DNA of 61,618 nt, counting the filler, from Sluysia triapertura (lineage: Eukaryota): the NCBI GenBank assembly GCA_046118255.1. It is 4 parts of 4 records of this genome, joined end to end, with 100 filler letters (N's around TTAATTAATTAA, not from the genome) between each part and the next. Parts side by side here need not be neighbours in the genome. Positions count along the whole stretch, not along the records: positions 16,862 to 35,872 come from JBJNIA010101989.1; positions 35,973 to 49,745 come from JBJNIA010020736.1; 2 more parts are not named here. One strand, written 5' to 3'. Below are positions 25,441 through 39,300 of this stretch, in pieces. How positions within the stretch are numbered: the first letter of the stretch is position 1; every line of letters begins with the position of its first letter. The position numbers were made by a program, and so were the translations under genes. The notes under the pieces were generated by a model. The model saw only the letters and a program-made list of their open reading frames with translations. It had not been told where the DNA came from and searched no databases.

Positions 25441-28400
25441 TGATTTATTTGTTCTTTTTCTTTATTTTCTATGTATTACAAAAATATTTGTTAACGAATA
25501 AATTTTTTTATTGTTTTTTGCCTAACTTTTTACTAAAAATGCATACAGAAACATACATTGGTTGTCCAACCAGAACGAGCAACAATGATACTAATAGTAG
25601 ATTTGGTTAAACAACCAATGAAATTATAATTACACTACTAAAAATATTTAGATGAAATGACTGACGACAATGACACGTAGTAAATGTCATCAGTCGATAG
25701 TAAACGTGACATGCTGAATAGTTTATCAACTGTCGGCTGGTGACAGAGGAGAATAATTAAATAGAACATTTAATTAAATGATGGTGAGTGTTATAATGGT
25801 CTTAATAATGAAAAATAATGATGATAATAAAAAGATAATAATAATATATGAAGATTAAATAATAGTAATAATAAAGATGAAAAATAAAGAAAACACATAA
25901 ACATATCTTAATTCTATTCATAAATATCTTTCTTTTAATAATAAATAATAAAAATATTTCTTGACATATATAAAATTCATGGATATAATTTCTTATATAA
26001 AATAGAATTCTATTGACATTTAATGTAGCATTTCCATTATTCTAAATAGCCGCGGCAAATAACTTGATTATGAAATGTTTCATTACATTTGGGTCTAATT
26101 AAATTGATAGTTTGTATAAGAGTTGTTATATACAACTCCGATTGCTTTTCTTTTCTGATTGACTTCTAAATTCATTTGCGCTATCACTTTCTTCGCCTGA
26201 TTTAAAATCTATAGATTCAGACATCAAACTGGCCAGATGACCAGCACAGAAGTAAATTGAGCAGATTCACACATACATAAATATATACAGATTCAGAAGA
26301 ACAAAAGAATAAGAAGAAAGATTGATAATAAAGATAAAAGAAATAATAATGATAACAATAACGCAATTATTATAAATTTTAAAATAATGATGTTATGGTG
26401 TTATTATAAAAGTTATTATATGACAACCATGGTAATCATATTATATGACAATAATCATAATAATTATTACATATATTTTAATACGATTGGATTTATAATA
26501 ACAATAACTATAGTTCATGATAATTATGTACAATGATTATATTTATTTTTTCGAATGAGTCAAGTAGTTTGTTTAATGTTCTATGTATGTATGAGATGTT
26601 TTTATGTGATGAAGCATTGATATTTTGATATGATTTTCCTGCACACTGGTTGGTTAAAAATTGGTTGGCAAATCATGATATTGAGCAAACATATTTCTAC
26701 ATACTTTATTTTATTCTTCGATGTTGATTTCTTTGAATGGTTTCGTTTCGATAGTTGCATATCCTTAAATGTAATGTCAGATAAAACCAGAACTAACGTC
26801 TAATAATAATGATAATGATAATAATGTGTAAATAAACAATAATAATATTAAATAATATCTCTATTGTAAAAATAATAATAATTTTAATAATACAAGAAAA
26901 AATAACATTAATAAAACATAATAAAAATAACAATAATAATTTTAATATGCCTTAGCCTAGATTTTCTTTTAAGATATAAAGAGGACTTTGTATTCATTGA
27001 AAAATTACAAATCAAAAAATGCATGCGTTCTCCCCCTAGTAACATTTATTGGCCAATAGTACTCATATTTTTTATATATAAATAAACGCTTAGGCGCATT
27101 AAAATTAAAATTTTAGTAATAAATTAGGTGTTCTTTTTATTCTCACAGTAGCGATTTCTAAGTATAAATCCGATGTCACCGAGGAAATATGGTTGTCTGA
27201 AAAAGATGATAATAATAATAATAAACAAAATATTTGGATTATAACATCTGTTATCTAAATATAAAAGTAATCGACTTCGAATTTCTTATAAAATTACTTA
27301 TACGAAACTAAAAAATGCACTAACCTTGAATTTATATATATATTTATATTTTATATTTTATCTAAAATAAATAAATTAATTAAGTAAACTTACTGATGAC
27401 TGAGGACTTGAGATTGTAAACATAACTCAAGCACGAAGCTATTTAAAATTTTTGTACGACACAATCACAGTAACTTACGCAATTATCAAGGAAGGAAGGA
27501 AGGACACTTATTAATCTTAAATATATCAAAATACTTAATCAAACAATTTATTCGTAGTTATTCTTGGTCATGATTCCTTCCTACATTGAGCATCCAGTTA
27601 ACCTTTCGTGTAGAAGTCGTCATTAAGTTAATTGTATTAAGGCCTTTTGTCTGTTAATGGAAAAATAAATTACACTTAATTTCATTAAATTAGCTTCTAG
27701 TTTTCCGCTATACACAATATATCTTCATTTACATTTCATTAGTTGTTAGAGATCTGTCTCCAGTGATAATAATATGCATACTTATTATTTTGATTGTGTA
27801 AACTAAAGGTAAAGGAAATCTTGTATATCTTTTTTTCATTTGATATAATAAACTTTATTTTGTTTATCTTAGTTACTTTTCAAAAGTAAATTGTCGAAGC
27901 TAATTTATTTTTAAGTAACAGTTTTAAATTACTTGAAATCAAGGTTATAGCAGTTTATAAACTTAGTTAAAGTTAATTTATATTTTGTAAATGTAAAGAA
28001 TTAACAATAGTAATTAAAGTAATTGTCTACATTTAGTAAGGAATTTATATGATTTACGTAACTGTTTAGAATATTAAGAAAAGATTTAAATTAGATTCTT
28101 AGGTTATAAAATAGACATAACAATTTAGAATGTTATATAAATATTGATTGTCGCTAAAGATTATTAAAATTTTTAAAACAATCTATAAAAGTATCTATTA
28201 AAGGAAGATTAAAGTTTAGTGATCTGTAATTATTGACTAATTTTTAAGGCATTAAGGTAAAGGGATTTCGCCAGATTACAAGAAGAATCTATTTAAAAAA
28301 AGAGAAACAAAGTCTTTATAGAACATCAAAGACTTTATAATAATACCTACGAATATGTCGCGTTAGGTTTAAATCGTAGTTCGTAGGCGAACCCTACTAA

Positions 28401-29669
28401 TAATAATCTCTGCATTATAATTGATTTCGGCTGATAATTTTTATACATGTGGTATTTTAGTAAAACGTGGACAATTTCTAATTCGAAAGTACTAACTTAG
28501 AATTCTAATTATTTTAACGATTTCAGAAGTTAGTTTTACTTTATAAGTTTATATTTGAGTTTAATTCAGATTTAAAATCTCACTTAAGTTCTGATTTGTA
28601 AGTTATGAAAATCAATTAAAAGCTATCCTTAAATTGTAAGTTACATACTAATTTGTTAATCCTATAACTCCAAGCGTAATACTATCGATAAAGTAGAATA
28701 AAACTTCCCAAATATAATAGGATTCAAAACAAAAGGGCTAAATTATATAGTTTTAATTTTGTAAAATAAATCGCATAGGTTTAAATACGACTACAAAGTT
28801 TTATTTTAAAATCTTAGTTTAAAGAAGAGCTCAGGTATATTATTAAAAAATAAAGTAGCTGAAGGTAGAAAAGCAATACTAAAGATTTATTAAAATTATT
28901 CTTAATTTTTAATATTTAATGCTTAATTAGAGTATAGCAGTTATAAAGAAATTGCAAATTAACAATTATTTAAGTGATAAATAATAAAACTAACTCAGTT
29001 AATCTAATATTATTACTGAATATTTAACATGTATTACATATTTTAATAATTCATTTATTTATATTTATTTTTAATGTTTTTTAAGAGCTATAGAATTCGA
29101 AAATGTATTATTTGTAACAAGTAACAATTTAAAGTCATTTATGTACGGACATAATCAATATATTGTCAACTTATACAATTATTAAACTAATAGACATTGT
29201 ATTTTTTGGAAAATTAGATAATCTAGTTTAGAATCAACCGTATTATGGTTTTACCTAATTGAGCTTCTAAATCATTTGCTTCAATTAATATGAACAAGTT
29301 TTAATAAACAAAGTTATATAATTTTGATTAAAAAATTATCTGATTGTAATTTGCGTTTAGCATATAAGATGTAAATCACAATTTTCTTCTAAATTAAAAT
29401 CGAATATTAACACAGCATTTAATCTAATATATGAATTATTATACAATATTTTACTATTTCATTTACGAGGTTATTCAATTTTGCTAAATTTCAATCTAAT
29501 TATATATAATTTTTCTTAAATTTTAAAATATGCATTAAATTTAATTTAATTAGTAAATATTCTTTTTTCTGTTATTAGTATTTATTTATTTTTGAAAATA
29601 AAATTTTTCTTAATTTATGTTTATATATTATCAATTTTGAAATCTATATACAGGAAAATCAAAAAAAGA

Positions 29670-32600
29670 ATGACTGTCAATTATATGGCATCGATAGCTA
29701 CGGCAAAATATGCATCTTTTTTACGTTTATTATTTAAGTAAATTGATTTGAAATAATTTAAATTTATTTTACAAAGATGGAAAGGTAGTATTTATAAAGC
29801 TGTATGGTTTGAGATGTTAATATTCATTGGTTTATATACATTATTCACAATCATTTATCATTTTTGTTTATATGGAACTCACAAAGAGTAAATTTTTTCT
29901 TGTTAATCGGGTTTTTTTAATTAGACGCTTCGAACAGTTTTGTATTTTTTGTAAAAGTCATGCCGAAAATATACCCGTTTCATTTGTACTTGGTTTCTAT
30001 GTTACATTGATTGTATCGAGATGGTGGGAACAGTTTGCAGCATTACCATGGCCAGACAATGCGGCGATTTTTGTTAGTTCATTTATTTTAGATAAATCAG
30101 AAACTGCGAAATTATACCGAAAAACAATTATTCGTTATTTGAATCTTAGTTATTGTATGGTGTTAACTTCAATTAGTAGTTCGGCTAAGAAATTGTTACC
30201 TACTATTAAATCGCTTAAAGATAATGGTTAGTTATAATGTTTAATTTGACCTTTTTTAATGTTTTTGTGGATTACTTTTATCAATAATAAAGTTAAATGT
30301 ATTTTTAGTAAAGAATTAATAGATCGTACGTATAATTTATTTAAAATACAACATTAAACCTTTTAATCATTATTAAAACATCACAGTGAACTCTCAGAAT
30401 TAAATAAATGAGAAAATTTATTTATATGACTTCGTAACTGTTGAGTACGATAACTTCAGGATGACTGAGAATTTTGATTTTTCCGAGATATTTGTGCATC
30501 CATAATGTAGCTACATTGTTTCAAAAAACAAAACCTATTTTTAGATCTTTTGACTGAAGCTGAAGAAAAATTGCTGAATCAAGTACAAACAAGAAATAAT
30601 AAGTATTTCATGCCAATCGCATGGGCGAATCGATTGGTCAATGAAGCAGTTCGTGAGAAGTTGGTTACTGGTGATTTAGGTGTTCAAATTTTAGTGGAAG
30701 AAATAAATAATTTTCGAGGTTGTCTTGGTACATTGTATGCTTACGATTGGATAAATCCCCCATTAGCTTATACGCAAGTTAGTTTCAATTTCATGTTTTA
30801 TATCATTAATTATACAAAAATGTGGAAATATTCATAATTAATACAACTTTTTATATTTAACATTGCTGTAGATTGAAATTTTCATAATTAATCTACGCTA
30901 AACAAAATATTGATAATGAATGTGATCAATGTGATTGCAATTGATTATTCTAATCAAATAATTATCAATCAAGTTTTGAAATTTTCTATTTAAATTGGCA
31001 AATATGACAAAATAAACACCATTATAATTTAATTGTTAAATTTTCTTTGATTACAAATATAAATCAAGCGACAATATTTGTATTAATACTAACTTCATTA
31101 TGCACAACGTGTATAATCAAATATAAACTAATCTCACTCTTAATTTGACGTATACATCCAATTAAATTGATTATAGCGCGTTGGTGTGTATGTGCTAACC
31201 AAATAACCATTAATTAATGTTTTAATGGGCGATTGACATTTACAAACAATCTCCATTATTATTTAATAATATGTCTGACTCGGTTTTCATTAATCACATT
31301 GTTTTTTTGTCATGGAATTGAATTAAGTGAAATGTCGCATTAGTGAATAGATTTATTTTTTATTTTAATTGTTATTTGCTCGGTAAACAATTATTCGTAA
31401 TTAACAGTTGCTGTGAATTATAGCATGATTTGTCAATAAATGAGGTTCCGAAGTGTGTAAGTAAATATTTCGTGAAATTGCGATGTATATTCTCATATTG
31501 TGTGGAATTATCATATACAGTAATAAATTTGTCGTTCATTATGTATATTTTACATTTTGTATTTTATTTTAATTATTCAGATTATAATTTTAGAGTAACA
31601 AAATTATTTGTTGTGCTACATGAAATGATGATGCCATCATTTATTGTGTTGCTTAGAAGATGGCGATGGTTTTAAATAAGTGCTACTGTGTCTGCTCGGT
31701 AACCGAAAATAATTTTCATTCTAAAATATGACACTATCGAAAAACAAATTATGAAATTTCCAAAAATACAAAAAAAAACGATCTACATTTACTAATGAAT
31801 AACACGATTTATGTTTGAATCATTCAAAAATGACCATATCGTCGTTCTCTGGGATGTCTTGCAAGTAAACACTGGATTCCAAAGTTTGTGCGGAGTTTTC
31901 ATTTAACTGAATTTCATTAATTTAAGTCATTCTTATGGATATTGTTGAAAATTGCTAATCAAATCTTACTTGGAGGATTGTCTGAAAGTGAATCACAGTC
32001 AGAAAGTATTGTAATTTAAAGATAATTGTGTTCTTTAAATACAGAAGTATGTACACTAAAGAATGCATTGAATGCCATCTCAAGAGCCATTAATTGACTA
32101 TTAGATATCCTAATCGACTATCAACCAGGGCTTAGGAGTAGGTCTTAAATTAAAATCATCCTGAAACGTCACGCTATTTTCGAGTAAACACGATAACTAA
32201 TTTCTTTTTGATTTCAAATTTACTTTAAGTTTATTATGATGTTTTTATTGATTATTAATTGAACGATTTAAACGCAAATACTATTCGAATTTAATTTCAG
32301 ATTGCCAGTATATCTGTGTATACCTACTTTTTAATTTTCACTTTCGGAGAACAGTTTACCCCTGACAAAGAAATCAAACTTTACGTACCAATATTTGCTA
32401 TTCTGAAATTTTTGTTTTTCATGGGTTGGTTAAAGGTTAGTTTTGTTTATCGATTATTGATTATTTTAAATGTGTTTAATATTGAACAAAGTTCAGTTTT
32501 ATTACTAAATAATAATAAGGTTGTCCGTGTATGAAGTGAACCATAAAGACGAAGAACAATAAATAAAAATAATTCTAATTATTCATCATAATGGATAATT

Positions 32601-33137
32601 TTTAATTCTCAGGTTGCAGAATCTCTTATAAATCCTTTTGGCGAAGACGATGATGATTTCGAAATACCGGAAATTATTCGAAGAAATTTAAAAGTTGTTT
32701 TTTTATTTATTTTATATTGGACATATTTATTTCATTTTTTAAATTAATTAATTAATAAACGTGTTTGGACCAATCAGAAATGGAGAAAATCGTAAAAGAT
32801 TCTTGCAATATAAATATTTTTTCACTTCAGATCTGCAAAATAATCTTAGAATCAATGGAACAAAACCAGTTAAGTACAGTCCTAACAGAGTGGGATTCGT
32901 CTTGTGTCAGAAACGTCGAATCAAAGTCTGATTTATTTATCGGATCATTGGTCAATTTGAATATAAATCAATCAGCCGATATCGGTTTAATCGGTTCGAA
33001 ATTGTCTCTTTTTTCAAGCAATTTTTTCAGTAATACTAATATAAGGTTAGTTCATAATATTTAAAATATTTAACAGCTGTTTGTTTCATGCGACCCCAGT
33101 TTTATACTTAGCGATTAGAACTATCATCTTTAGATAA
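29670..33137 (+). CDS. Bestrophin (Ca2+-activated anion channel)
   Basis: Exons 29670-29737, 29777-29887, 29925-30226, 30545-30777, 32301-32435, 32613-32693, 32831-33045 and a tentative 33077-33137. Motifs [44 protein letters not shown] and [21 protein letters not shown]. Confidence 0.95.
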
Positions 33138-33896
33138 ATTGAATTATTGATTTATTAATAACGCTTTTTTATCTTTTTTGTCTTTTCTCTATTTGTATTG
33201 AATAATTTTAAATTCATTTTTTGTAAACGTATTATCAATATTCAGAACAGATAATTATAAAGTAAGTTTTATATTATTGTTTTGTTGTCTAATTCTTCAT
33301 TAGTTTAGTTACTCACTTTTTCGGTAGTTTCCAGATACATTCTTAGGAAAATTTTGATAAATATTAAAAGATGAACACTAAAAGATTGATTAAGCTGCCA
33401 AAACTATTTAATCTAAGTTTCCAATTAAAGTTTTCCCATCGATTTGGCAAAAAATCGAAAACTAAGTATGACATGAACACACTCAAGTGTACTTTTGAGG
33501 GCTTTTTAATTTTTGAGATTTCCTTTATTATATAAAGAGGCTGCCTATTGATTACTCTAAATTCGAGTGCAACCTTTTATGAACTCCTCCTGATATTATT
33601 TTATAGTTGAATATATTTGCTTCATCATTCATTGTCTCTGTGATCACTATTCGATGCAACATGTCGAATGATAATGCAGAGTAATTGAAAAATGACACCT
33701 TTAATTTGAATGGTTTGATGGCAACAATTTGCTCTACAACCGGACTGCAACTAACAATAAAACTGTCAAATGAAAACTTTATAAATAAATAGAAAATTTT
33801 TCACTAACCTTTATTTTGGAAACTGTCGATCTATTCTGTCATGTTATATTACTTATATTTTGAATATATAAAATTAGCAAAATCATATGTGTAGTA

Positions 33897-34682
33897 CAGT
33901 ATTCCTCCACCTAACTGCCACTTTCGAGTATTTGGAAAAATGTGGCGGTTAAGAAAAATAATAAAGAAAAATCAAGTGAACAGTGCGCGCTTATTTTTAC
34001 TCTTCTTCGAGACTTCTGAGACTTGATTTAGTCCTTCAATAGCTTTAAAATCAAACATGGCTGGTCGAAGTTTTTTTTGAAATTGATTAGCAGAATAACA
34101 TTCTTTTCTAGAAACACTTTCAACGTTATGAACGACATTATCTGATTCTTTTTCATTATCTTTGATTCTTTCATTCTTTCTCTCTGCTTAAAACTTCTTA
34201 ACCACACATTTGAGAATTTAAAATCTTATACGCCATTTAAATAAGCTGTTTGAACTGCCTTTTCTTTTATTATTTTATCATATTCTTCAAGTATATCAAT
34301 CATACGGACAATTCTTTGTCTAAAACATGAAACTTCATAACTGGAATTCACCAGCCCTTTTGTGTATAGAAGATCAGCATTTTTAATTAAATAATCATTG
34401 TTTCTTCTGATATCATTGATAGTTCTTCTTGAAAGTTCTTTTTTTAATTTACCTGAGAAAATCTCTGGTGCTCTATTATCTGAATATTAGCTTTACACAC
34501 ACTTTCGTGTTACCATAAGATCCAATGAAAAATTTTTCATAAACAATTAATATTAAAAGTTATGTCAAAAATAAAAATATTTTTTAAAATAGTGGTAGTT
34601 AACAGAACTGGCAGCTAGGAGGAATTTTCTATTATAATTTTTAAACTTCCTAAAAATTTGGCGGTTAGGAAGAGGAATACTG
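33897..34682 (-). mobile_element. pogo/Tigger non-autonomous element (786 bp)
   Basis: Imperfect TIRs CAGTATTCCTCCACCTAACTGCCA / TGGCGGTTAGGAAGAGGAATACTG with TA on both sides. A CENP-B HTH remnant KEKA...FKFSNVWLRSFKQR lies on the minus strand. Confidence 0.85.
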
Positions 34683-35872
34683 TAGCAGTATTCACTCGCA
34701 TTAATATAAGTATTGTTGAGTGCATTGTACACAGAAAAGACCACAATGTGTATAAACATTATTCAAATCTTTATGTATATATATTATTATATTGGTTGCG
34801 ATAATGAAATTATGTCTGAATTCATAATGAATTAATATCATATTATACTTTAATATAACTTGTAAAAATTTCGAAAACAATATAATGAAGCCTTTCATAG
34901 TACCGAGAATTAGTTTGAAATATTTGTTTTGAATGGAATAAATGAATTAAGACTTCGCGCTACCTTTGATATGTACATTTTAATTTTAATGGCTTACATA
35001 GAGTTATAAAACATAAAATTAAATACAAAAAAGTTAAATTTTAAAGATTTCAAAATTTGAAAGAGCAGAAGTAGTGAAAAAATAAAAACATTATTAATTC
35101 CATCTCGATATGTCGATAAACGGATGAACAATCATTTTAGATATTGGGTTATCAACGTTATTGAAATTATTGGTGAGATTTTCTTCATTCGTTGGTCTTG
35201 CTTGCTTTATACTTTGCTTCCATTTCGAAAACATATTTCCGATCGGGTTTAAGGACGCAGCAACAATAAGATATGATTACAAGTTTTGATTGTTTCTCGC
35301 ATCTGTCTAGCCACATGAAACGATACGTTATCCATAAGGGCCTTTGTTTCTTATTGATCCAATAATGAATTGACAAAAACAGTGAACGATTCTTTATGAA
35401 AAGGCACTGTTTGGACTTGATATTCCACACCATAATGAATCATTTCTAGTTCTTATTACCACTGCGTGTAACGATCATCATCGGATTTTTGTACGAATTA
35501 TCACGTGAATTAAACCTAGCAAAAATCAACCGACTTATTCTTTTGCTTCTTATGAATATCGGTATCAATTATTGATATATAACATCTGACATAATGCTGG
35601 GAGTTTTCTTAACCTAAAAATCTAACCTACAGCAATTAATTAATTATCTAACCTAACTAATTAATTAATTAAAAATCTAACCTAACCATAATAATTAATT
35701 ATTATGAGTCCGTTTACAGTATACGGCTTACTAATGGCGTGAAAGCAATTATCCAAATTAATCGTACAAAAAATGCTTCTCCTTAACAATAATGCGCAAA
35801 AATCGTTGTTTTACAACAGATAACTCAAAAAACTAAGTAAGACCAACGCTAATGTAGTAGATATTTAAGTTA

Positions 35873-35972
35873 NNNNNNNNNNNNNNNNNNNNNNNNNNNN
35901 NNNNNNNNNNNNNNNNTTAATTAATTAANNNNNNNNNNNNNNNNNNNNNNNNNNNNNNNNNNNNNNNNNNNN
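35873..35972. other. Artificial assembly spacer (N44-TTAATTAATTAA-N44)
   Basis: Same 100-nt linker as at 16762. Confidence 0.95.
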
Positions 35973-36330
35973 AGATTTTAAGCTTACTTAAGTAAATCAA
36001 AGTAACGTAAAAGTAAAATATTCGATATTCACATTAGAATAAGTAATTATAATTTATAAGTATTCATCAATTCAGCGAATCAATAATTTTCTTAACATAT
36101 TGATATTCAAATTGAGCACCAGAAATTATAAAGTAATTCTTTTCTTACACCAAATATCTAAATAACTAAATAACTAAACAATTCTAATCCAATAAAATTT
36201 AGTTCATTAATACTTTCTAATACTACGTATACGGAAAAATAAAATCAACGTAATAAGTTAAAATATTATTATTTTAATAATTATAAATGCTAGATTTCTT
36301 TTTATTCTCATAGAAAAATAATTAATAGTA

Positions 36331-39300
36331 ATGGGCCCGCCTACAGTACGCGATTTAAGTTCTGTGAAGGATGTACATGTATGACCTAAGGTGAAAGATG
36401 CTACTGATTTCCAGGAAAATTTTACCTTCTAATTATTTTACAAATTCTTTATTTTAACTTGCTCAAGTTTATTAGTAACTCAAAGAAAAGCAAAATTAAC
36501 AACATTCTAGGTGTATTATAATAATGTAAAATGACAAACGCATAATCATATAAACTTTATATGATAGAAAACGCAAAATGTACAAGATAAATTGTATTAA
36601 AATAAAATATTAAGAGTATATTAAATATAAATTATCACAAATTATCTTACTCTAAATAATGATGTGTTTAGTCAAAATACTACGCTTTGCGATTTAAAAT
36701 TAATGACAATAGCTCACTAATTCAGCAACTACAAAATGAAATATCAATCGTTATTATAATTTATTATTTAATAATAATTCAAATGAATCAAATCAAAATG
36801 ACTAAATCTCAAAACTAGCAATAATCATTATGACAATTAGAAAAACAATGTTCTATCCAAGGAAACCAGCGGTGATGCAAAGAAAATAAATTATCAATAT
36901 CTAAATAGTCAAAATAATATTAGATAAGTATTTGTCAATAATTTTATATTAACTAAAAGTACTTAATATTATAAAATAATTTGGGCAGGAATCCTCCCAA
37001 AAACCAGCTTATCAATTCCTAAAAAATTAAAAATTACCAGAAAATTTTTATTTTAATGAAATTAAAATAATAAACAAAAATAATTAAAGATTCTTCCACA
37101 ATTTTATTCTAATAACAGTAATAACAAAATTAAATAAAATTAATTATCAACCATCATTTTCTTTTAGTCCACTCAAACTATTTTTACTTAAATTATTTTT
37201 CGCATTAAAATAACAATCAACAATATAGTTAATATACATAAAATGAATTTTATTTCAGTTTTTAGGATTTAATTGATTTTCGATTTTTCACATTCAATTT
37301 TCAAACAAGCCATTCTACAAATATTTCAAATTCACTTCTAGATTCTCCTCTCCCATAGCAGTCATCTCAAATTCAATTCATTGCATTTGCATCCTTATAA
37401 GTATAAAAAATTCAAAATTCCATAATTAAGAATTAATTAAAATTTGACTTTGCTCATATTAAGGCGTTCCTTGCATAAACTCGGTAAAACCATACCTTCA
37501 TCGAAAGGTCTTTTTAAAACAAATACATACATAGTTTCAAATTTGCCGTAGATTTCCGCATTCAAAACTTATTCACAAAAACCTACTTTTTCAGAAGGTT
37601 ATGACAAGAGGATTTTATTTTAATAATTTGCTTTTTGTTTGTGAATTCTTTATGATACTGGACTTAATAGATTTGCAGTGTCAAAAAAAGTAAAATTGGA
37701 AGTAAATATATATGGTTAAATTAGCGTATTCCTTAGTGTATTTTATTTTGCCTTTACTATAATAAGATGAACCAAGAATAGTGTAAATTCTTATTCTGTA
37801 CAACAGAAAAACTTTAGTGTTAGAATATTTATTTGCAAAATACAAAAAACTTTAACTTTATAATAATATTTATTCTTAGAATACAAAACTTTAATGTTAT
37901 AATTAGGGTTTCCAATACCGGGATACCGGTTTTAATATCGGTATTAGGTATTATAAAAAAATCCAAGCCTGACTAGGTTTTGTTGCTTAATTTGCTGGTT
38001 TTTAATGAAAAATAAAATGTTACAAACAATTTTTACATATTTTAAATAATAACAATAAAAGGAATAATATTAAACTGCAACAGATCTTTTTATTTCTTTA
38101 AATCACGAAAAATTATTGTAAATTTTTAAAATGCGATCTTAGAAAACACAACGCATCAACTGTATTGTCATTAAGCCTGGAGCATAGTTTAGTGCAAAAG
38201 TTACCAGCAGTCGAAAAGCTCTTTCAGCTTCTACGCTAGTTGGAGGAATGATTAACAATGCACGATATACCTTTCTAAATATTTACCTCTAAATCCATAA
38301 TGTAAAGTCTACTTCTCTCTGGATGTCCATATATCTGATCGAGGAATTGTATTCGTACTTGTATATATATTTTTTAATAATCGCTAATTCTAATCTTTCC
38401 TTAAGCCTAAGTTTCTTTTCATCATCATCTTTGCTGTCATTCTCGTTTTCTATACCTTTATCGATTTCTTCTGAATGACCACAAGTATCCGGATAAAATT
38501 TTTCAATGAAATTTACTAAAAAATGACTGAATTTGAGGTTTTAAATATTTTCCTATCTTTTTCATTTTTGTAATTATTATAATCGTGTAGATATCTTCTA
38601 TTTCAGTGCGCCTTTCTTCTATCCGATTCTTTAAAGCAATATATAATTCATACGATAGTTGTGTATGTTGTTTCCTTAGTGATTGTAACATAAAATTAAT
38701 TGTCGCATTTGTTGTCAATAAATTGGCATCGCTACAGCATAATACCTCCACAGCTAGTTTCGCGGGAAGTTAAGCGAAAACAGTCAGATATTAAGTCAAA
38801 TTCACCTTCGGAAAAATCAATAGGCAATATCAAATCAATAATTGTTTTTTTAATTGGATTTTTTAGCTTCAAAAACCGTTCCATCATTATAAGTAAACTA
38901 TTCCAATGACAACATATACTCTGTTTTACATATGGCGATCTTAAAACATTCATGCGATATTTCTTCCTTCTAGATCACGCGAAATGTTTTATACAATTTA
39001 ACTAAAATCTCCTTAAAATTTTCTGCTGATATTTTGAAGCTGCGAATTCCGGTATTACGAAATTGAAAAAAGGTCCGGTATTCGGTATCCCGGGAATGGA
39101 AGCCCTAGGTGGGATGTTATGCTTGTTGGTAAATAAAATATCGAAATCCGTGATTGTAGTTCTATTCCTAGATCTGTCGGAAATTTTAATTTTCATTTGT
39201 GTATTTAAACCATGAAGAAATTCAAATAAAATATCCCAGACTTTCTAATTCATCTCATTTTTACAGGAATATTATTGGCTAATCTAAAGCATCTAGATAT

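Noticed and set aside
25659-25695. GACTGACGACA/TGTCATCAGTC hairpin with CUGANGA on both strands
   Set aside because: No GAAA core and single copy in the window; probably a chance or TE-derived inverted repeat.
27393-27450. Hammerhead-like CTGATGA/CTGAGGA plus stem
   Set aside because: It is followed by GAAG rather than GAAA, with no convincing stems I and III.
26100-27700. Candidate small minus-strand exons (also 44234-44760 and 60350-61480)
   Set aside because: Splice-like boundaries are present, but I found no consistent frame or recognisable product.
20004-33137. Functional cluster of Ca2+-activated chloride channels (anoctamin plus bestrophin)
   Set aside because: The anoctamin is a single frameshifted exon, so proximity is most likely coincidental.
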